Assembly: GCF_032062105.1 (NCBI RefSeq) | Contig: NW_026931531.1 | Span: 248,001-312,000 of the forward strand | Reading direction: 5' to 3' | From: Saccostrea cucullata | Taxonomy: Eukaryota | DNA: 64,000 nt | Part shown: positions 1-13,852 of the stretch, piece by piece | Numbering within the stretch: position 1 is the stretch's first letter | Layout: each line of letters opens with the position of its first letter | The notes under the pieces: generated by a model | What the model was told of the DNA's origin: nothing | Seen by the model: only the letters and a program-made list of their open reading frames with translations | Database searches by the model: none | Made by a program: the position numbers and the translations under genes

Positions 1-260
1 AGTACATCAGTTGCCAGACGTACAGACTCATCATTTTCCATATTCCTTTTGTTTCGTTGACATCTAAATAAATTAAGACTGTGCTTTACCCAAAAACATG
101 AAATGATGAATGTCGCAATGTTGTGTAAATAATGAAATCGAAAGTAGAAACATGAACCTCGATCCCGAGGATTTGCAATGTGATGTGTTATTTTCACTTT
201 CGATTTATCAGCGTTGTGCAATCTATATGTACTTACACATGTAAATCACAATTTTCCAGG

Positions 261-3200
261 ATGGCATCGAGTGTTCGGCATGAATTTTTAGATATTGATG
301 GCAGTGTACTAGAAGGGGTAAGAATTTTATTCCATTTTAATACACCAAGAACTGTTTTCTTATCATTTGATCATTGTGGCATTGTCCAACATTGACATGA
401 TAGGGTAAAATGTTGAGAATGATGGGTACAGCATTAAGTATAATATATTGAAACACATATAAAAATTGTTTAGCTCATTGTAAATAAATAATTATGCCTA
501 TAAAACTGTTAGATATTTATAAATTTCAACGTTTAGCAAAATTTTGCAATGATGCTTACTTTTTTTTTAGGGTGGACAAATTTTAAGGAATGCTGCATCA
601 TTAAGCTGTTTACTAAATCAACCGATTCGTGTCCAGAAAATAAGGGCAGGGAGAGATAAACCTGGACTCAGGTAAATAATAAACCAAAGGATTTTGTGCA
701 GATACATTGATAGAGCACATGCTTTAGCAGACTGCTTTAGGTAATTATTTTATGTGAGGTCCATGACAACACATGTTAATACTCAATGTTTGGAATTTGT
801 CTATTATTAGCTCATTTCAGTCACATCCCTTGCCCTATATAGTCATTAATGAGATCAGCCAATTGTAACTTATTTATGTGCCCTAATCAACACTGCATTC
901 TGATGATATGTGACAGGCTCATCTCATTTCTGTATTTTGCAAGTTGACAAGGGACTAGTTTCATCTGGCTCCCATATGTGTTGGAGAGTCGGGAAGATTT
1001 ATTTTTTATTTTGCAAATAATTCATTATTTCATAAAAAATTATTTTCTGATTGTCCATTTAATTGCCCATGGTAGCCAAATTAAATAATGCCTTATGGGA
1101 TGATATCTTAATCAAATTTAGTGTAATCATATGACACAATAAATTTGTATACGTACAGTATCTTAGATATGTGTAAATGAATTTTCATGAGAATCAATGA
1201 AGAAAATTTTTTTTTAGACCTCAACACCTCACAGGACTGCAACTTGTTTCAGAAATATGTGGAGGAAAGCTGGAAAATGGAGCTGTGGGGTCAACAGAAG
1301 TGACCTTTATACCAGGGAAGGTCAAGGCCGGGTCCTATAAAGCTGACACTAAAACTGCTGGGTAGGCATTTATAGAAAAATGTCTGTTTTAAACTCCCCG
1401 ACCCACTGCCAATAAATCTCATAACTTAAAAACCTTTTTCAAACCTCTTGTAAAAGATTTTTTTTCTTCATTCATTAGGGATTTTTTCCATCCCATTTTA
1501 TTTTATCAATACTTCTAATTTCAGAAAATTTTGAAAATTCAGCATTGAGGTTATTTTTTTTTTTTAGATTCCCTACTTCTACCTATTAACCAAGATGGAA
1601 GAGGGCAAATTGTTTTTTTTTTAAAGATTGTCCATAAGTTTTAATGTCATATTTTTTTCTATGATACAATTTTAAACAAAGAATATAGCAAAAACAAAAT
1701 AGAAAAAAAAGTGAATGTAAAATTGTGACCATTCACTAGATAATGGGAACATGTCACTGTTTAATGAATTAATATAAGTAGATAAATTTAGTTCTTATAA
1801 AATCATGTCTTTATTTTAGTTTTCAGCATACTGTGCTATGAATGGAGTGAAATGTTTTCTGTTTTGTAGGAGTATATGTTTATTGATGCAGGCAGCTGTG
1901 CCCTGCTGTTTCTTCAGCGATGGAGATGTACACATGTCCTTGATTGGGGGAACCAATGCTGAAATGGCCCCACAAATTGACTATATTCTAATGGTAAACG
2001 TCCTGCACTGAGCAAGCAAGGAGACATTAAATTTCATTCATCTGTCCACTCTGTCTTTCTGTTCATATGTCTGTCACATTAAACTTTGAACCTTGGTCAT
2101 GAATGATTTTTGATTAAGAGTAGACCTGTGACAAGATCTTTTTCTTTTCAAAAAGGCTTCAATTTCTTTTTTCATGACCTTGACCTTAAAGTATGACCAA
2201 ACTTATAAAAATGTTAACAATGGTGATTCAGTGTATGTGTGTTGGTGGGATTAAGAGTTATATATAAGGTTGAATATTTACAAAAATAGAAACATACCTG
2301 TGTAGAACCATCATCTCAAGCCACAGTCAGGAATCCGCTTATAGCTCTCTCATACCCATGGCTGCTTGATCACAAAAAGTGGCGTAATGTTGAATATTTA
2401 CGCCTCCCTATTGTGACGTCATATGTAGTCAATGACAAGTTTTGTTTCCATCGCAATTGAAATCAACAATTTACTTCAGCAGTATTTCGTACACTGCGAT
2501 TTGGTATTGAAAGGTCGCACCAAAGTTCATTATCCGACTATGCTTTACTCGCATTGGTCAATATTTTAATGAGCTACGAAATATTCATATAATCTTCTCA
2601 TGCAACCACAGCCACAATGGGAGAGGATCGTACATTTTGGCTGTGGTTTGCGACGATGGTGTAGAACAAACATCTTGTTTATCTACTTGCATTTTAAGGT
2701 CAAGATCTAGTAAATAACTTGAGACTAATTTTTTGGTGCTAGATCCATTATGACGTCATAATCAATTTCAGAAGGTTAGTGAAACTTTACGGCTTTAGCA
2801 GAATTATGTAGAAAATAGGGTATTTTCATGTCATTCAATTTGAAATCATATGAAAAGTAAACTGGATACCTATATTAAATTTGATATTGATTTAAAGAGA
2901 AGGCCGTGAACATACTAATTACTGTTTTCTGAGAGACTGTAGGCAATCTGGATACATTTCCTTTGCCGAATATGAAAAAAAACTCCCATATTCATGACTG
3001 GTTTTCTTAATTTTTCATTGAAAATGACAGTTTGAAATACAGTTTTTCATCTTGTTTACCTACAAATTATGCCCCGAAACACCTTATTTGACAAGGCTAA
3101 AGTTATAAAGCATCAATAAAGGAATTTATTTCTCAAGTTGGATAAATCTGTAGGCACCTTTCATTTACTAGATCTTGACCTTAATCTGATTGTATTGCAG

Positions 3201-5982
3201 GTATTTCGACCAATAGCTGCACGTTTTGGACTTCATTTTGAAGGTGAAATTAAGAGAAGGTTAGTGAAAATATTAAAGATGCACTTTTTTAAACTTGTTA
3301 CCACTGATCTTCCTTCAAATTTTCATTTTTCTTATACATGTATGCTGAACATCCTTCGCCATTAGACAAATCTAAGAAAACATAAAATTAGGTTTTCACT
3401 CATGTCTTCAGCTGTCTATAAGAAATTAGTCAATAAAATGATATACTTTAGATATCACATTTAATTAATTGTGACAATATTAAATAGCACTAATTGTTTA
3501 TATTCCATCATTTCTAATATTTAAGGCTTTCAAATAGATATTTTAGGAGAGATAATGTTTCTTTAAATTGTAGAGGTTTTTTTCCTAAGGGAGGGGGAGA
3601 GGTTCATGTAAAGGTTTCCCCCTGCTCCGGTCTACGTGGGGTCACAATGACAGATCAGGGCACAGTCACCAGGATATTTGGGCTCTCATTTGTAGCGGGG
3701 GTGCTTCCTAAAAAGGTATGGATAATAAATCAGTAATTAAATAAATTAGTTCTACAAATATAAACCACAACATTCACTAATTATGTAACTTTTCACATCT
3801 TAATATTTCATCGAAACATTGAAATCATCCACATTTTAGATTGAAAATATTAACAACCTACTAGTATCAGGACTTTCAGAAGTGTTTTTATCTGGACTGT
3901 TTGTTTAAAGACCTAGTTTTCTCATCATCCAGACTGATAGTGCCTATGGGCTTTCTAATCAAACATAACATGTAACATGAAACTTTAAAGATTCAAGAAG
4001 GAGGAAGATTGGCAGACAACTCTACACTCATGTGTATTGATATTCAATAACTTAAAGAAGATTTACCTCCCTTTATTGCTGCCATGAATGATATTCTCTT
4101 TACATTTGCTTTGATGCAATGTCTCTTATGAGTGTGCTACAAGTGACATATAGGGCCTAGAGATAGTTCACTTTAAGGCAGAGTGTGCTACAGATGTCAA
4201 ATAATTATTATATAGGTAGCTCACATTATGGCAGAGTGTGTTACAGATGTCATATATTTATTATATAGGTAGCACACATTATGGCAGAGTGTGCTGCAGG
4301 TGACATATATTTATTTTATAGGTAGCTAACATTATGGCAGAGTGTGTTACAGGTGTCATATATTTATATTATATAGGTAGTTCACATTATGGCAGAATGT
4401 GCTACAGGTGTCATGTAATTATTATATAGGTAGCTCACATTATGGCAGAGTGTGCTACAGGTGTCATATATTTATTATATAGGTAGCTCACATTATGGCA
4501 GAGTGTGCTACAGGTGTCATATATTTATTATATAGGTAGCTCACATTATGGCAGAGTGTGCTACAGGTGTCATATATTTATTATATAGGTAGCTGACATT
4601 ATGGCAGAATTGCTACAGGTGTCATGTAATTATTATATAGGTAGCTCACATTATAGCAGAGTGTGCTACAGGTGTCATATATTTATTTTATAGGTAGCAC
4701 ACATTATGGCAGAGTGTGCTGCAGGTGTCATATATTTATATTATAGGTAGCTCATATTATGGCAGAGTGTGCTACACGTGTCATATATTTATTATATAGG
4801 TAGCTCACATTATGGCAGAGTGTGCTACAGGTGTCATAAATTTATTATATAGGTAGCTGACATTATGAGAGAGTGTGCTACAGGTGTTGTATGTTTTTTT
4901 ATAGGTAGCTCATATTATGGCAGAGTGTGCTACAGGTGTCATCAAAGAACACTACAGAGGGGTCCCCATCAAGATAGACGTGTGTAAAGAATCTGAGGCA
5001 ATAGGAGTCGGGTGTGGAATTATGTAAGTGGCCATTCACAACTTTTCAATGTCATTATTAAGTTCTTATTCATAAAACGTTTCATTTTGTATGATGTCAA
5101 CTCTGTTACAATGTAATTAATTACTGACCTATTGTAGAGTTGTGGCAGAAACAAGCACTGGCTGTCTGCTGGCAGGCTCAGCTCTGGGGAAGAAAGGTAG
5201 AAATAAAGTAAAATGGTTGTATGAATTTCAAGCAATTTATTTGAATAAAAATACTTGCATTATTACTTGTATTATAATTCTGTTATCTTTAAATCCTCAA
5301 AAGGTAAGCCGGCTGAGAGGGTGGGGCAGGAGGCAGGGGACATGCTGATTAACAACCTGTATAATGGCGGCTGTGTCGACGAGTTTCTACAAGATCAGGT
5401 CAGAGGGAATATCATATTTATCTGTATAATCACATGGTATTTATTATTCCTTAACTTTCAGCAATTTTAACTTAAATAACATTCAAGAGGAGAACAACAT
5501 TCATTTGTAAGTTTGTTAAAATCATTCAATTTTATCTCTTTAGAAAATTGGACTTTAAACAGAGATTTTATTCATGATTTTCTCCCTATTTTTGGTGATC
5601 AGCTGATAGTTCTGATGGCAGTAGCTGAAGGGAAATCAGAAATCCTGTGTGGCCCATTATCCCTACACACTGAAACCGCCATACATGTTGCTTCATTGAT
5701 GACAAAGGCAAGCTCATGATATTTTGCTGCAAAAGTGAAGGAGGGGGGGTGTTAAAATGATTTATAAATGAAGATCAAATCTTATGCTTACAATTCACAT
5801 GTTTGATCAATATTTTAACTAGTTTTAGAAATAGAAAAATATGTGGGTTTTTTATTTACAATGGAACAAAACCAAGAAAGATTTTTTTATTACAGGCAAA
5901 ATTTGAAGTGCAAGAATTGACAAAGAATTCTACAATCATTAGATGTGAAGGAATGGGTTTAAAAGCTAAAGACAATAGTTGA
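261..5982 (+). CDS. RTCA: RNA 3'-terminal phosphate cyclase, 11 coding exons
   Basis: Exons 261-317, 571-671, 1218-1361, 1870-1993, 3201-3259, 3574-3715, 4905-5023, 5138-5196, 5304-5398, 5603-5707 and 5896-5982 join in frame. The translation has RtcA motifs [61 protein letters not shown] and LHTETAI (adenylated His). The last intron has a GC donor (AAG|GCAAGC at 5708). Confidence 0.95.
2308..2659. mobile_element. Non-autonomous DNA transposon (MITE) in RTCA intron 4
   Basis: Imperfect TIRs CCATCATCTCAAGCCACAG / CTGTGGTTTGCGACGATGG. Flanked by the direct repeat TGTAGAA (7 bp, or 9 bp GTGTAGAAC depending on where the end is placed). Confidence 0.7.
4126..4941 (+). repeat. 53-bp tandem array made of the RTCA exon 7 acceptor plus exon start (~15 copies)
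   Basis: Unit ATATTTATTATATAG|GTAGCTCACATTATGGCAGAGTGTGCTACAGGTGTCAT. The AG|GT recurs at 4216, 4269, 4322, 4377, 4430, 4483, 4536, 4589, 4641, 4694, 4747, 4800 and 4853; the functional copy is at 4905. Confidence 0.95.
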
Positions 5983-6721
5983 GACCCAGAAACTTTAGAA
6001 ATGTCATAAAACTGCTCTACTATCAAGACATGCTTTCAAGAAAAGCAACCCGAAGAATGGATTTCTGTTTATTTTGTTGACAAATGTGTGGATTTACCAA
6101 CAGAAAAAGTTAACAGATCTGCATTCCTTGCTAATTTCTGTCTATAAACAACAAAGAAAGGAAAGAAATTGATCTGAACTTTTATGTTTTCATGTTAACA
6201 GTGAACAATTATACAGATTTATATTCTCTAGGACTTCTTGGAATTAGTGCTTTATTTGGATTGTTATGTTTATATTTGGTGAGAAGTACAACCTTCCATC
6301 ACATGATGACATGAATCATTATGTCAGAACTGTGTCTTGTGATTTCACTTCAGATACTTCAGGATAAATGTCCTTACAGACAATCATCTAGACACTTAAA
6401 GAAAAGCAGTGAGAAGAATGTGGTCATATAAAATTAGAACGTAATCTATGCACATGATCACATGACTTACAATGGGCTTTGTAAATTATTAAAAATTCTT
6501 AGAAAATTCATTTCTTTCTGAATGATATGTACTCAGTAATTCATGCAGCATATGAAACTGACGGGCAAAATATTGAATAAAATGCAGTTAGAAATAGTAA
6601 AAGCACTGAGTCAATTTTCTTTTTACATTTAAAGTGTATGTGTTGAATTATGCTTACATTGAACAACAAAGATTTCTTAGTTTTTTTATGTAGATTTGTA
6701 CATGTATAGTTATTAAAAAAA

Positions 6722-7223
6722 AAAAACATGGGCTACAATGCTACTTGATTAATATTGGCCATGTTGTTTTTCGGGATATTTTTGATATAACTAAGATTAA
6801 TACAGATCGATGTAATGGGGAGAAGGCAAACATGCAGTCCCAGATAGAAACAGATAAAGGGCTGTTGTGGGGGCTCTATGTCCAACAAGGGATAAATAAA
6901 ATTGGTATCCCAGTATACATGTATATACAGAATCTCGCCCCCATTGTGACCCTCCAGGAGGGTATGATTTATTTAAACAATTTAGAATCCACACTATGTC
7001 AAGTCCTTTTTGGCCCAGTACTACTGTTTCTTAAGATTTTTTAAAGACACTGTCAAACTTCTCTTTATCTTTGAAGTAAACTTGGTCCTTCTGAACAATT
7101 TAAAATCCTCTTTACCCAAAAATACTATGTGCCAAATTGGTTCAGTTGTTTTTGAGAAGATTAAAATAAACAAATGAACGCTAGGATATACAGTGATCAG
7201 AAATATGGCTCTGGTGAGCTAAA
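6722..7223 (-). mobile_element. Degenerate Helentron-associated (HINE-like) element
   Basis: Ends in the ...GATCAGAAA...GGCTCTGGTGAGCTAAA terminus. Internal motifs (TTTAAACAATTTAGAATCCACACTA, GTGCCAAATTGG...GAGAAGA) are shared with the other HINE-like copies in this window. Confidence 0.5.
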
Positions 7224-7875
7224 ACGATAAAAATTGATCATTTGGGAAGAATATAATAATTTATTCATCTAAGAATTTTGACTGGTGTAAATTTATCATA
7301 AAAATTTCGATTCCGTATTGTCATAAATTAGAAATTTTCAAAGATTTAAAATATTTATGCTTGTCTCAAATCGTTCATTTTGAAATTACTGGGTGTTACC
7401 GCATTTAATATTCGTGTTTTTTTTTTGTTTTTCAATTTGAAAGCCTAGAGCCTTCCAATTCTTTTACTTTTGCAGACAGGTCAATGTAAGGGACTTTTGT
7501 GGTTGTTGTTCGTTTGTGCCTAAAGATATATATTTTTTACTCTTTATATTTATTTATTTAACCAGCAACGTAATTTTATCTCATATAATCTAAGATTCGG
7601 ATGTCAGAGAATATATCTAAATATATTTCTGGAATTTTACGAGGTAATTGTAAGCATCTTATTCTTTATTTGACACATTTGGTCAATGAGTCACCAGGTC
7701 TTTGAAATGAAAACAAATGGAAGATATGAAAACAGCACCAGCAGCAAAAACAAAATTCCATATAATTGTAGTCAGAAGGCCATCTGCACCAGCGTCAATA
7801 AAACTCCCCCCTGCTTCCCTGTATCATAATTCAAAACACGCACGCACAACATCAACAGCTAGGGCATTCCCCGGC

Positions 7876-10379
7876 TATGGTTGGCCGTTCTACTCACAAT
7901 TATTTATTTTCACTCCACTAAAATTATTTTTACTGCAGTAAAAATAAAACACTGGCCAATGCTACTCACAATTAAATATTTTTACTCCAGTAAAAATATT
8001 TTTACTCCAGTAAAATTATTTTTACTCCAGTAAAATTATTTTTACTCCAGTAAAAATAATTTACTTCTCTACTGGAGTAAAAATACAATGTGGCCATTTA
8101 ACTCACAATTAATTAATTTTACTACAGTAAAAATATTTTTACTGCAGTTAAAATATGACACTGGCCATTTCTACTCACAATTAAATATTTTTACTCAAGT
8201 GAAAATCAACCAATCACAGTCCATGTTAGATATTTGGTGACTCATAGCTCAACGGGGAAAATTCCCCAGACTGTTTACACATGACATGATATACATAGAC
8301 TTTCAATGTGCTTCCTACGCCTAAGACAGGGAATATAACTGCAAATGGACTATACTGTACGGATGTGCCGATATACAGTATACAATATAATCTTTAAAAA
8401 ATATATTAAGAGTATAGAAAACATGTAGTGATACTATAGGAGAGATCAATTAATTAAACTTCTTATGCCTTTTTCCGCTTGTCAAGGAATTTCTGGTAAT
8501 TGATAGTGTCCCCAACTTAAAATATTTGGCTGTGCCAACAGTAGCAGCAATATGTATATAATTTAAGAAGTTTTTCTCGTGAAATTATAGACTGAATGAT
8601 ATGAAAAAGTTTCTATGATAAACATATAGAAGACAGTTCCGCATCTTTTGATATCATAACTTTGGTTTTTTAATTAACTCAATATCCAAACTGCCAAGTA
8701 AATCAATTCATATTAGGTACTTTCTATTTAAGTTTTCAAAAATTGTTAGCTAGTACAAAATAGAAATCAGTTTAGGGCTAGATCTTCACATTTGTGGAAA
8801 TTAATTGTTTTTAAATTATTTGACCTCTAGGGGCAATTTTTGCACGTGTTTGTAATGCTTCGTCATCTGACATCTCTCTCCTCAGTCTCACGATATCGAT
8901 GTCATTTGCCGATGGCTGTTATCAAATTTTATAGCCAGATCTTACACTGGTATACCTTTGAATGGGATTTGCTGATTTTTGTCATTTCCTGCTCTATAAA
9001 TTAATGTTGATTGAGATTGACATTTCAACTCTCTAAAATTGTTTTATTGACTCAATGCATCGAATTTAATTGAATTGAGTCAGTTATACTTCCACTCTGT
9101 TTTGGACCTGTTCTGTTATAGCATTCTGCATAGGAAAAAAATATATCATTTGCAAAAGTAACGATTTTTGTAATATATAAACCGGTATGTAATACGCGTC
9201 AAATGGAAAATATGGATGGTTCAGATACGGATGACTTTTTGCCTGAGATTTCGAGACTGCATGACAGGTTGAAATTGAAAGGTTGGTAGCCCACCCCCCC
9301 ACCCCCTCTGTACACTACAGGAAATTTATATAAGGGAAATGTAGTACTGAATGCTAAAAATTGGTACTGAAAGAACTTGATGACACTGAAAAAAGTTGTC
9401 AAACTACCCGACTTTGGACAATTTTCCTTTTTTGTTTTTTTTTTTTTTGTTTTTTTTTTTCTTGTCAACTTTCTTCAGGTAAGTGAAATTTTTTTTCTCT
9501 GGGCTGCCCCCCCTTCAAAAACGATGCTACGTGGCTGTTGACAACCGAGAGACAAACAAACAAGACAAAAACAATATGCGCCCCGATCTATTGATCCGTG
9601 AGTATAAAAATAATTTTTCATGATACCCATTGCCGAATATAAGAACCTGACAAAAAATATATTTAATTAGATACTGAGTTTTAGTACAAAATAATAACAG
9701 CTGGAATATGAACATGATGAAAATTTTCGATAGGTCTTGAGTAATATAACTTTTCTCACAACACATAAAAAAATCTTGGATCCGCCAACAAACAAGATAA
9801 ATATGCAAATTTATGATGCCTACCTTAAAACAATGCTGTCAATGGTTTCTGCTTCAAGGTTATCTGTGGCTGATAAACGTATACAGTCATTGATGGTTTG
9901 CTTTGTTCGTCTTAAGAATTCTTCTTTAGTGTTTTCTAATTCAAGGTGATGTCTTGTATACGCCATTACCGCCAATATTTATTAGAAATGCTAATTTGTA
10001 ACATACTTGGTTATTGGTTGATTTTTACTTAAGTAAAAATATTTAATTGTGAGTAGAGAAGGCCAGTGTTATATTTCTACTGCAGTAAAAATAATGAATG
10101 TGTGAGTTAGATGGCCAGTGTTTTATTTTTACTGCAGTAAAATTAATTAAATGTGAGTAATGTGGCCAAAAAGTAATCTTACTTCAGTAAGAAATTAAAT
10201 GATTTTTACTGGAGTAAAAATGATACTGGAGTAAAAATAATTTTACTGGAGTAAATTTTTTTTACTGGAGTAAAAATATTTAATTGTGAGTAGCATTGGC
10301 CAGTGTTTTATTTTTACTGCAGTAAAAATAATTTTAGTGGACTAAAAATAAATAATTGTGAGTAGAACGGCCAACCATA
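7876..10379. mobile_element. Non-autonomous DNA transposon with long TIRs, IS3EU-like
   Basis: Termini TATGGTTGGCCGTTCTACTCACAATT / AATTGTGAGTAGAACGGCCAACCATA. The ~330-bp inverted arms contain TTTTTACTCCAGTAAAA subrepeats. 6-bp TSD CCCGGC at 7870-7875 and 10380-10385. TAY...RTA ends with a 6-bp TSD fit IS3EU. Confidence 0.8.
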
Positions 10380-10534
10380 CCCGGCACTGGTCAGTAAGAC
10401 ATGTGAAAGGGGGGCAGAAACTGGAACAAAGCAGCGGGGAGGAAACACTCAAAATACTCAGGATGTAAACAATTTCCTAAAAACAACCCCGCGTGATGGG
10501 GATCAAAAACTACGTAAACTCGGACAAGTCTTAG

Positions 10535-10542
10535 TATAAATA
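10535..10542 (+). promoter_or_regulatory. TATA box of the secreted basic/acidic protein gene
   Basis: TATAAATA lies 50 nt upstream of the ATG at 10585. Confidence 0.6.
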
Positions 10543-10584
10543 GAAGTCCATCAGACGGTACAGCAGAACTCAGGAATCATTAAG

Positions 10585-12086
10585 ATGAAGGTTTGGTTGT
10601 CTCTATTACTGGTGCTGGCCGTACTCAGTGTACTTGAGGCTCGGCGAGGCGGGCGCAGACGAGAATGGCGGAGGCAGAAGTTCGCCGCACTACAGTCGGC
10701 AAGTCACGGGTAAGTCTGCTAGATTTTAATTTCTTGCTTCTATACACTGCAAGTGTAATTTCAAAAAAAAAAATCCAGTTACAAAGATAGAATAGAGAGG
10801 GACTGAAATCTCCTTAGGAAGAATGCAATGATAATTTGGCGTGTATTTTATTTAAAAACGAACTTGACACATGAGTGCGATTTTATCCTTATAGCCAAGG
10901 AAAAGGTGGTACTGATGATTAACCAAATCAAAACTAGATATTTTAGGTTTATAAATTAAGCTTATTAAAATTTCATACATGAGCAAAAAAGAAAAATTCT
11001 ATTTTGCAGGAATTAACTCCCATATTAACTTAACTTTAAATCAGTTTACAAGAATTCAAAAGCGCAATCGAGCTGCATGTTTGTTGAAAAAGTGATTGTG
11101 TTGCTCATTAACCCCTGTGTCCGACAAGTAAAGATAGAAATGTCGAGTTTTCTTGTAAAATAATTATTTTAAAAGTTATCAATCATAGTTGAAACAAATA
11201 CTAAGTAAGTCAAAGAGCAAAACTAATTAATGATATATTGCTAAATATATACCGGTATATGTATCTCGAAATTTCAGCACTAGGAGCATTTTTGATGACC
11301 ACTGATACAAAAATCGTACACTGTACAGCTATTATATTTTACAGAAAAAAAACTGGTACAGCATTCTGAAAGAAAACTGCACAATTTCTCTATGCTTTGT
11401 AGTATCGTCAATTCATTTTATAAATTTCTTTATACATGTAATTACAAATTAATTTTTCATTTTTTTCTTTCAGAGATCCGATGATGGCGAACGATGACGA
11501 TATCAAAGACGATGACGAGGGGTCGGTGTATAAAAACGACTGGATGTCTAGGAAACAGAGAAAAATGAATAGGAAGCGCCAAAGGAAAATGAAATGGATG
11601 AAGAAACGTCGTGGTATGATGACAACAGATGATTCTGACGAAGATAAGACGGACGAGGTATCGAACAGTTACGAGAATAGTCATTCAATGATCCACAGGC
11701 GACGATGGGGCGCTGGTAAAGGAGACAGAGCACAGAGACGTCAGAAATGGAGGAAAATAAAGAAAATGAAGAAATGGATGCATAAGAGACCCAGCTGTTT
11801 CTGTCTGCAGAGCGAGCAACTGGAGAAGCTCCGAGAGCTGATCAAAAAGGAGGGGCTAGAGTCAGACTTCACACAGGTGATGCCACCAGAGGAAGATACC
11901 ACCGACGCTGATACATCGGAGGTGTCTGACAATACATCTGATGCGTCTAACGACTTCACTGAGGATGTTGACGACGATGATGACTTCGATGATAGCGATG
12001 ATGATGATTTCACAGATGAAGTAACAACATCTGTTAATGAAGAACTTCCTGAAATGACAACAGAATCGTTTGTAATTTTAGAGTAA
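10585..12086 (+). CDS. Secreted low-complexity protein (245 aa) with alternating Arg/Lys/Trp/Met-rich and Asp-rich blocks; family not recognised
   Basis: Exon 1, 10585-10709, encodes signal peptide MKVWLSLLLVLAVLSVLEA then RRGGRRREWRRQKF and ends at GG|GTAAGT. Exon 2, 11474-12086, follows TTTCAG and is in phase with ORF 11481..12086. Confidence 0.85.
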
Positions 12087-13852
12087 ACTCTGAGAACTAA
12101 AAGATATTATTTTCCTTTTTAATCTGTATACAGAAAGCTTGTTTCATGTTACTGAAAAAAAAAATTGAATAACTATCTTATTTTTTATGGCTGGTTCAGG
12201 TTTTACAAGGAGTAGGTTACTGATACTGTTATAATTGAATCTTCATATGACTCTGCAGAAGACATAATGAATTACAGGAAACAATTTAAGGATATTTTAT
12301 CAATGATTTTTAAAACGTAACCCAAGAGATACACGTACTTGTTTTAAAGACACGAGGATAGACTGATGATGTTGAAAGAATGAAAAAAATACATGACACA
12401 ATTTTAGCAATGATTGAAAAAAGAAACCCAAGAAACTTTTGTTTTAAAAACTCGGGGGTAGGCTGATAACATTGAAAAACAAACATGATTTGAACAGTCC
12501 TTTATTTCTTGATGAGTTGGCGGATACAGGGATGTGTGTCCAGATTACAACTACAGTCTTACAAGAATAATATTTTAAATGTCAAATATGAGTTTTCCAA
12601 TCGTAAACTTTACCACGACTGAAACACTGCTTTAAGTTTCAAATATATTTGTTACAGTTAGTTTTTTAAAAATTCTATGAATTTCTAAAATTTGAAAATT
12701 ACACGCATATTGCAGATATTTGAGACTTACGGAGTTTTAAATGGTAATAATTCTGTTGGAGAAACAAATCAAAACTGTATTGCTGTAAGATTATAATGGT
12801 AAACCGAAATAATTTATATAATTTTAAAGTAATCTAAAGATGACAGTTTCTTATCCCTAGCAAAATTAATAGCAATGCATGAAGTTTTATCATCTATAGT
12901 ACTATTCGTAGTATGAACTGTAACTGGTGTTCCCAAATGAGTTTTTTCCTCTCTAGTTCCTTACTGTAGAATCATTATATTAGACATATTCCGTTTATTT
13001 TTTAAGAATAACCCACTTCGATGCATGTAAGAGCTGATGACATTCATATAATTAGTAACAAATCTAACCTGAGTTTCAAATTCATCTCTTAATTATTGCT
13101 TATACTTCGAGAGGAAAAACACAGTCCTTAAAATTTGAAGCAATTAATTTGGATTTTTAAAGCATGACTTCCGTACGTGTCAAACTCGTACTTCTTGATC
13201 ATGTTTTAATATTCCCATGCTATGAAAATGGGGGGAAAAGAATATAGCGATTGTGCTATACATATAAAATACCAGTGGATAGAAATTGTGAGATACGTTA
13301 TATTCGCAGAGCGAAAATAGCTCCTTCAGACACTCACAGGTCAACAATTACATTTTACATTGTATTCACATATCTTTAAAGTTTTTATTGAAAATGAACA
13401 TAAATTACCTACTAATAAGTATTTAGAACTTTTTGAATGCAAAAATAGAAAACATCTATAGGCAAAGCTGACAATTGGATAATGGATAAATACAAACATG
13501 TCTTACATTGTACTTATACACTTCAAAGATATGCCCATCGAAAACACTGTCTTGCATAATCAAATACTTGCATTATCAGTATATCATCAGCCTCTCATAA
13601 TTGAGTACACACATCAAGAGACCACCAGAGCCTTGTTTTCCTCTTAAAATAAAAAAAAATGCACCCTCCTTTGAGATAGGCTGATTCAGCTGACGTTATA
13701 AAACAAGGGTTATAAAACCAGTTTTCTCGATGCGCAGTATCCTCTGTTTCTGGGAATTTCTCCTTGCTGCATGTTTTATTCAGTAAACACTTGAGCCTCC
13801 TGTTTAATTGTCCAGTAGCCAGAACTATATATTATCGGACATTCTATTCTTT

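Noticed and set aside
11457-12013. Minus-strand ORFs (Ser-rich or hydrophobic)
   Set aside because: Antisense shadows of the low-complexity plus-strand exon.
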